Shown here: one piece after another, positions 38,691-45,815 of the stretch
How the letters are laid out: each line of letters opens with the position of its first letter
Position numbering within the stretch: the first letter of the stretch is position 1
From: Coriobacteriaceae bacterium
Lineage (GTDB): Bacteria; Actinomycetota; Coriobacteriia; Coriobacteriales; QAMH01
Reading direction: 5' to 3'
Length of the DNA stretch: 45,815 nt
NCBI GenBank assembly: GCA_021203765.1
Contig: JAJQAN010000002.1
Span: 1-45,815 of the forward strand
Notes under the pieces: generated by a model
What the model saw: only the letters and a program-made list of their open reading frames with translations
The model's database searches: none
What the model was told of the DNA's origin: nothing
Made by a program: the position numbers and the translations under genes

Positions 38691-39336
38691 CGCGGAAGGG
38701 ACCGCATCGCCCGGGCGCATCGGCGTACTGGGCGGGACCTTCGACCCGCCGCATCTCGGGCACGTCGAACTCGCGCACGAGGCTGCCCGGCGCTTCGACC
38801 TGGGTACGGTGCTGCTCGTCCCCACCGGAAACCCCCACTTCAAGCAGGACTGCCACGTCACGGCCGCGGCGGAGCGTGCCGAGATGCTCCGTCTCGCCTT
38901 CGCCGACGATCTGGACGCGCCCGGCCCCACCACCTACGAGGTCGACCTCAGCGAGGTTGAGCGCGACGGCATCACCTATTCGGTCGACACCTTCGAGGAA
39001 CTGCACCGAAAGTACCCGGACGCGGACCTCTTCTTCATCATGGGAAGCGACAGCGCCCGCCACGTGATGACCTGGTATCACGCGCAGCGCTTAAGCGAGC
39101 TGTGCACGCTGCTGGTCGCCACGCGCCCCGGCTGCGGGCGCGAGGAGGTCGAGGCGGCGCATGAGGCAAGCGACGTCGCCTTTGCCATCGACTACTTCGA
39201 CTTCGACGCCCCCGACATCTCCTCTTCGGATCTGCGGGAGCGTATTTCTCATGGACGCAGCGTCGAGGGGCTTATCCCCCCGGCGGTTATCACCTATATT
39301 GAAAAACACCGGCTCTATGCCGATGGGGACGAATAG
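38683..39336 (+). CDS. nadD: Nicotinate-nucleotide adenylyltransferase
   Basis: GGTFDPPHLGH, IMGSD, ISSS. Confidence 0.95.
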   Translation: MSDAEGTASPGRIGVLGGTFDPPHLGHVELAHEAARRFDLGTVLLVPTGNPHFKQDCHVTAAAERAEMLRLAFADDLDAPGPTTYEVDLSEVERDGITYSVDTFEELHRKYPDADLFFIMGSDSARHVMTWYHAQRLSELCTLLVATRPGCGREEVEAAHEASDVAFAIDYFDFDAPDISSSDLRERISHGRSVEGLIPPAVITYIEKHRLYADGDE

Positions 39337-39349
39337 AGGGTTGCAGAAC

Positions 39350-39994
39350 GTGGAAGCGAACGAAGAACTCTACAAGCGGGCGGAGGAGGCCGTCGACGCA
39401 CGTCTGTCCGGCCGTCGTCTCGAACACGTACACTCGGTCGCCGAGACCGCTCCCGAACTGGCCCGCATCTACGGCGCCGACGAGGTGGAGGCTCGCTTCG
39501 CCGGCCTTTTGCACGACTGGGACAAGCTTTTGACCGACGAGGAACTGCCGGCGCGCATGGACGAGCTCGGCATCGAGCGGCCGCCGCAGATGGAGCTGCT
39601 GCTGCCCGTGTTGCACTCGTTCACCGGGGCCAAGGCGGTCGAGCGGGAATTCCCCGAACTGCCTCCCTCGGTCATCAGCGCCATCTGGCATCACACGCTC
39701 GGCGGAACCGAGATGAGCGATCTGGACATGGTCCTTTTCATCGCCGACATCATCGAACCCCGTCGCAAGGTAAAAAAACGTCCCGAGATCGAAGAGCTGC
39801 GCGAGGAGGTCGGCAAGGTCGACTTGGGGCAGCTCTACTTCGACACCTATGCCGCGACGATGCATTCGCTCATCGCACGCCGCCGCTTCATCCACCCCGA
39901 GGCCTTCGAGATCTGGAACACCCTGGTGGAGCGCTACCACCCGCTCAGCGATGCCGACCGGGCGCGTCAGGGCGATGCGAACAACGTGCTGTAG
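39350..39994 (+). CDS. yqeK: YqeK-family HD-domain hydrolase (Ap4A hydrolase)
   Basis: RLEHV, LLHDWDK, HHT.G, ADIIEP, located between nadD and rsfS. Start uncertain. Confidence 0.88.
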   Translation: MEANEELYKRAEEAVDARLSGRRLEHVHSVAETAPELARIYGADEVEARFAGLLHDWDKLLTDEELPARMDELGIERPPQMELLLPVLHSFTGAKAVEREFPELPPSVISAIWHHTLGGTEMSDLDMVLFIADIIEPRRKVKKRPEIEELREEVGKVDLGQLYFDTYAATMHSLIARRRFIHPEAFEIWNTLVERYHPLSDADRARQGDANNVL

Positions 39995-40020
39995 AGGCCG
40001 GCAGATAAGGAGCATTTGAT

Positions 40021-40449
40021 TTGAAGCAGGAGATGACCCCGAAGGACGCGGCCCTCATCGCCGCCAAGGCCGCCGATGAGAAGCAGGCGACCGACATCGT
40101 CATCCAAGAGGTCTCCGACCTGTTGAAGGTCACCGACTACTTCGTCATCTGCACGGCCGCCAACGCACGCCGTGCCGAGGCCATCGTCGACGAGGTCGAA
40201 GAGCAGCTGCGCACACAGGCCGACCTCAAGCCCATCAGCCGCGAGGGCCTCGAGGACTACGAGTGGGCCCTCCTCGACTTCGGCAACCTCGTCGTACACG
40301 TCTTCTTGCCGGAACCCCGCGACTACTACCGCCTCGAGCAGCTCTGGGAGGAGGCCCCCACCGTCGATCTGGCCCTGGCCGGCATCAAGGACCCGGTCTT
40401 CAGCGAGCGCATCGCCTCCCTGCTCGACCGCGACGTCGACGGGGACTGA
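40021..40449 (+). CDS. rsfS: Ribosome silencing factor
   Basis: DEKQATDI, DYFVIC, WALLDFG..VVHVF, RDYYRLE.LW. Confidence 0.95.
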   Translation: MKQEMTPKDAALIAAKAADEKQATDIVIQEVSDLLKVTDYFVICTAANARRAEAIVDEVEEQLRTQADLKPISREGLEDYEWALLDFGNLVVHVFLPEPRDYYRLEQLWEEAPTVDLALAGIKDPVFSERIASLLDRDVDGD

Positions 40450-40462
40450 GGCAGGGGACGCC

Positions 40463-41833
40463 ATGAGCCACTTCCGCACCATATGCGCCGCCGTGGTCTG
40501 CAAGGCGACCTACGCCGTGCTGCGTGCGCTCGGGCGCGGGGCGACCTCGCTTCCGGGCAAGCTGGCCTTGAGGATCTACCCCGACTACCTCTCCGTCTTG
40601 GCACAAGGCGTCCATACGCTTGTGCTGACCGGCACCAACGGCAAGACGACCTCGACCCACATGGTCGCCCAGGCCCTGGAAAACGCCGGCGTCGAGGCCT
40701 TCTACAACCGCAGCGGCGCCAACCTCATCCAGGGCATCACGACGGAGTTCTCCATCCACTCGACGATCGGCGGCAAGCCCCGCTGCGCCTACGCCGTCAT
40801 CGAATGCGACGAAGGAGCGCTCCGGCGCGTCTGTGCCTCACTGGACCCGCAGATCGTGCTCGTCACCAACATCTTCCGCGACCAGCTCGACCGCTACGGC
40901 GAGGTCATGCACACGCGTGAGAACATCCTCAACGGCCTCAAGAACGCACCGCATGCCGTCGTCTGCCTGAACGCCGACTGTTCCATCACCGCCTCGCTCG
41001 CCCGCGACATCGACAACGAGATCGTCTTCTTCGGCGTCGACTGCGAGATCTACCCCGAGCGCGTCGAGGACCTCTCCGACGCGACGCACTGCCTGTGGTG
41101 CAACCATCCCTACACCTACGACTACGTCACCTACGCGCACCTCGGCGGCTTCGTCTGCGAGGGCTGCGGATACCGCCGCAGCGAGCCGCAGATCGCCGTC
41201 ACCGAGATCTTAGAGCGGGGGAGCAACACCTGCACGCTGGAGATGAGGGTCGACGGCGAGGTCACCGAGGTGGTCGCCGACGTGCCGGCGGGATATGACA
41301 TCTACAACGTCGCCGCCGCGGTGACGGCGCTCATCGTCTTCGGCTTTTCCAAGGAGGAGGCATTCGCCGCCGTCGGGCAGTTCAAGCACGGCTTCGGACG
41401 CGCCGAGGTCTTCGATCTGGACGGCGTCCCGGTGCGGCTCATGCTCATGAAGAACCCGGCGGGCTGCAACCAGATCATCAACCTGCTGCTCAACGAGCCC
41501 GACGAGGACATGGGCATCGTCTGTCTGCTCAACGACAACGACTGCGACGGCACCGACGTGTCCTGGATCTACGATGCGGCCTGGGAGTCGCTGTGCACGC
41601 ACAAGCACACGGCCATCTGCGGCGGCATACGCGCGGAGGACATGGCGCTGCGCCTGAAGTACGCGGGCATGCCCGACGGCGGCCTGCACATCGTCAAAAG
41701 CTACGACGATCTGATCGAGCTGCTCGCCAAGCAGGGACATGCGGTCACGGTCGTCGCCAACTACTCGGCCATGATGGATTTCCGCGCCCGGCTCGCACAC
41801 AAGCTCGGGCGTGCCGGATTCTGGGAGGGCTAG
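40463..41833 (+). CDS. murT: Lipid II isoglutaminyl synthase subunit MurT
   Basis: TGTNGKTT, NIFRDQLDRYGE, CxxC/CxxC zinc finger, KNPAG, DGTDVSWI. Confidence 0.93.
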   Translation: MSHFRTICAAVVCKATYAVLRALGRGATSLPGKLALRIYPDYLSVLAQGVHTLVLTGTNGKTTSTHMVAQALENAGVEAFYNRSGANLIQGITTEFSIHSTIGGKPRCAYAVIECDEGALRRVCASLDPQIVLVTNIFRDQLDRYGEVMHTRENILNGLKNAPHAVVCLNADCSITASLARDIDNEIVFFGVDCEIYPERVEDLSDATHCLWCNHPYTYDYVTYAHLGGFVCEGCGYRRSEPQIAVTEILERGSNTCTLEMRVDGEVTEVVADVPAGYDIYNVAAAVTALIVFGFSKEEAFAAVGQFKHGFGRAEVFDLDGVPVRLMLMKNPAGCNQIINLLLNEPDEDMGIVCLLNDNDCDGTDVSWIYDAAWESLCTHKHTAICGGIRAEDMALRLKYAGMPDGGLHIVKSYDDLIELLAKQGHAVTVVANYSAMMDFRARLAHKLGRAGFWEG

Positions 41834-41836
41834 GCG

Positions 41837-42604
41837 ATGGCGAAGGACACGTCCACACAGACGCTGCGCATCTGCCATCTGTACCCCGACATCCTCAACC
41901 TTTACGGCGACCGGGGCAACACCATCACGCTCGTCCAACGCTGCCTCTGGCGCGGCATCGACGCCGAGCTCACCACGCTGGGGCTGGGCGAGGACGCCGA
42001 CTTCTCCGACTTCGACCTCTTCTTCCTGGGAGGGGGTCAGGATTTCGACCAGTTCACGCTCCTCGACGATCTGGGGATCGGCAAGCCGAACTCGAAGGCG
42101 AGCCGCCTGGTCGAGGCCGTCGCCGACGATGCGGTCATACTCGCCATCTGCGGCGGCTATCAGCTGCTCGGCGACTACTACATCGGCCGCGACGGGGTGC
42201 GCTCGGACTTCATCGGCGCCGTGCCGTTTTACACCGACAGCGCACCGGAGCGCATGATCGGCAACATGGTCTTTACCTGCGACGACTTCGACACCACCGT
42301 CGTCGGCTTCGAAAACCATTCCGGCAAGACGCACCTGCCGCCCGACAATCCCGAGGTGAGCCCCCTCGGCAAGGTGGAGGTGGGGTTCGGCAACAACGGC
42401 GAGGACGGCTACGAGGGCCTGCGCTACCACAACACCTTCTGCACCTACAGCCACGGGCCGATCCTGCCGAAGAACCCGGCGTTCGCCGACGGTCTGCTCC
42501 AGCTCGCGCTCTCCCGCCGCTACCCGGGGGCCACGCTCGCCCCGCTCGACGACCGCCTCGAAGACCTCGCCCACGACAGCGTCCTCAAACGCCTCCGCGG
42601 CTGA
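41837..42604 (+). CDS. gatD: Glutamine amidotransferase GatD
   Basis: [32 protein letters not shown]. Confidence 0.93.
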   Translation: MAKDTSTQTLRICHLYPDILNLYGDRGNTITLVQRCLWRGIDAELTTLGLGEDADFSDFDLFFLGGGQDFDQFTLLDDLGIGKPNSKASRLVEAVADDAVILAICGGYQLLGDYYIGRDGVRSDFIGAVPFYTDSAPERMIGNMVFTCDDFDTTVVGFENHSGKTHLPPDNPEVSPLGKVEVGFGNNGEDGYEGLRYHNTFCTYSHGPILPKNPAFADGLLQLALSRRYPGATLAPLDDRLEDLAHDSVLKRLRG

Positions 42605-42648
42605 AGCCCCCACCATCGCAAAATCTGAGGGCGCGCCGCGCCTGTGCG

Positions 42649-42657
42649 TGGTATCCT
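42649..42657 (+). promoter_or_regulatory. Possible extended -10 promoter for typA
   Basis: TGgTATCCT about 60 nt upstream of the ATG. Confidence 0.4.
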
Positions 42658-42717
42658 GTTCGTTCGTGCGTGAACGCCGCACATGCTCTGCAGATACGAG
42701 GATGAAGGATACGGCCC

Positions 42718-44541
<1,824 letters not shown>

Positions 44542-44544
44542 CCG

Positions 44545-45333
44545 ATGGCAGACTCTCCACAGGAGTTGTTGCGCCTGCATGACGCGACGGTGCGCCGTGA
44601 CGGCCGGGTGATCCTGCAGGTCGACGATTTCGTCGTGTGCGAAGGCGAACACATCGCCGTCCTCGGCCCCAACGGCGCCGGCAAGTCCACCCTCATCAAG
44701 CTGCTCACCCGCGAGGTGAGGCCCCTGTGGCGCGAGGAACCGCCCGTCCGCTTCAAGGGCGATCCCCGCCCTCCCATCCAGACCATCAACGAGACGATCG
44801 GCATCGTCTCCTCCAGCATGGAACAGCGCATGATGATCGACCGCAAGGCGATCGATCTCGTGCTCGGCGGTTTCTTCGGCGCGATCGGCATGCCGCGCAA
44901 CCTCAAGGCGGACGCCGAGCAGGTACAGCAGGCACATGCCGCCCTGGCCGACCTCGGCATCGCCGATCTGGCAGAGCGCAGCATGCTGACGCTTTCGACC
45001 GGACAGGCGCGCCGTGTCATGGTCGCCCGCTCGCTCATCCACGCCCCGCAGGTCCTGGTCTTCGACGAGCCCTGCAACGGGCTCGACCCCGAGGCCATGT
45101 GGCATTTGCGCCAGACGCTCAGCCTGCTCGCACAGGCCGGCCGCACCCTCATCCTCGTCACACACGACGTCGCCGACATCGTCACCGAGTTCGACCGTGT
45201 CGTCCTGCTGCGGGACGCCCACATCATCGCCGACGGTCCCAAGGCAGAACTTCTGAAGACGGAGCGCATGCGGGACCTCTTCGGCGTCCCGGTCACCCTG
45301 ACGCAGACCGAAGGGCATTACCACCTGTACTGA
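44545..45333 (+). CDS. ABC transporter ATP-binding protein (single domain)
   Basis: Walker A GPNGAGKS, signature LSTGQ, Walker B VFDEP, VTH. Confidence 0.9.
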   Translation: MADSPQELLRLHDATVRRDGRVILQVDDFVVCEGEHIAVLGPNGAGKSTLIKLLTREVRPLWREEPPVRFKGDPRPPIQTINETIGIVSSSMEQRMMIDRKAIDLVLGGFFGAIGMPRNLKADAEQVQQAHAALADLGIADLAERSMLTLSTGQARRVMVARSLIHAPQVLVFDEPCNGLDPEAMWHLRQTLSLLAQAGRTLILVTHDVADIVTEFDRVVLLRDAHIIADGPKAELLKTERMRDLFGVPVTLTQTEGHYHLY

Positions 45334-45441
45334 TGCAGGGCGGCGACGCCCCCGGGATATCTGCGCGTCAAGCGGGCATTATTCGACACATTACGCTAGA
45401 ATATGGAACGATACTGTTCAGCTTTACGGAGGGATTGCCGC

Positions 45442-45815
45442 ATGGCCGATCTCATCGATCATATCGAGGCGCTGTCCGCCAATATCGGACCGCGCCCCGT
45501 CAGCACGGAAGAAGAACACCAAGCCTCCTGTTACGTCGCCCAAGAACTGACCGACGCCGGCCTCGAAGTCGATATGGATGAGTTCGCGACGCCCTCCGGG
45601 GTCAACTGGCCGTTCGGCATCGCCTTCGTTTTGATGATCGTCGGAACCGTCCTTTCCGGTTTCGGCCTCTTCTTCGACGGCGTGAGCACGGCGTTTCTGG
45701 CCGTCGGCCTGGTCCTGCTGGTCGTCGGTGCCATCATCTACTTCGCCGAACATTCCGACCATCCCCTGCTTTCCAATGCCTTCAACCGGGGCGTTTCGCA
45801 AAACGTCGTCGCCAA
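45442..45815 (+). CDS. Probable M28-family peptidase with membrane hairpin (partial, runs off the window)
   Basis: Hand-translated open frame MADLIDHIEALSANIGPRPVSTEEEHQAS, then two hydrophobic segments, then SQNVVA. GGAGG RBS. Metal ligands would lie beyond the window. Confidence 0.65.
   Translation, partial: MADLIDHIEALSANIGPRPVSTEEEHQASCYVAQELTDAGLEVDMDEFATPSGVNWPFGIAFVLMIVGTVLSGFGLFFDGVSTAFLAVGLVLLVVGAIIYFAEHSDHPLLSNAFNRGVSQNVVA

Noticed and set aside
44545-45333. Lone ABC ATPase as the partner of the orphan EcfT
   Set aside because: It lacks the EcfA-type FQNPD Q-loop and LSGGQ signature, and lies 15 kb away.

Overview
High-GC bacterial core-genome window with every supported gene on the + strand. 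It is probably Actinomycetota, Coriobacteriia-like. This is an inference from the actinobacterial-type coiled-coil insert in RpoC, whiA, a Firmicutes-like gene order and Cys-rich proteins. Gene order: 3' end of rplL; YfcE-type metallophosphoesterase; rpoB-rpoC; str operon lacking tuf and joined directly to the S10, spc and alpha clusters (rpsL to rplQ); a lone ecfT; pdxS-pdxT; a leaderless TagO/WecA-type transferase with uvrC; rapZ-yvcK-whiA; proA-nadD-yqeK-rsfS; murT-gatD; typA; an ABC ATPase; and a truncated M28-type peptidase. I saw no tRNA, rRNA, CRISPR array or mobile element. The most striking observation is that RpoC (beta') carries a ~270-aa C-terminal extension containing an extra alpha-CTD-like helix-hairpin-helix domain. 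It aligns without gaps at 20/56 identities to this window's own RpoA CTD and keeps most DNA-contact residues, implying an RNA polymerase with a third alpha-CTD-like module. Other points of interest: a shared acidic E/D-E/D-x-I/L-G motif in the beta and beta' tails, long structured leaders and spacers in the ribosomal superoperon, a rare-codon island in secY, and long charged extensions on L16 and L17. All alignments and base-pairings were done by eye; no searches were run.
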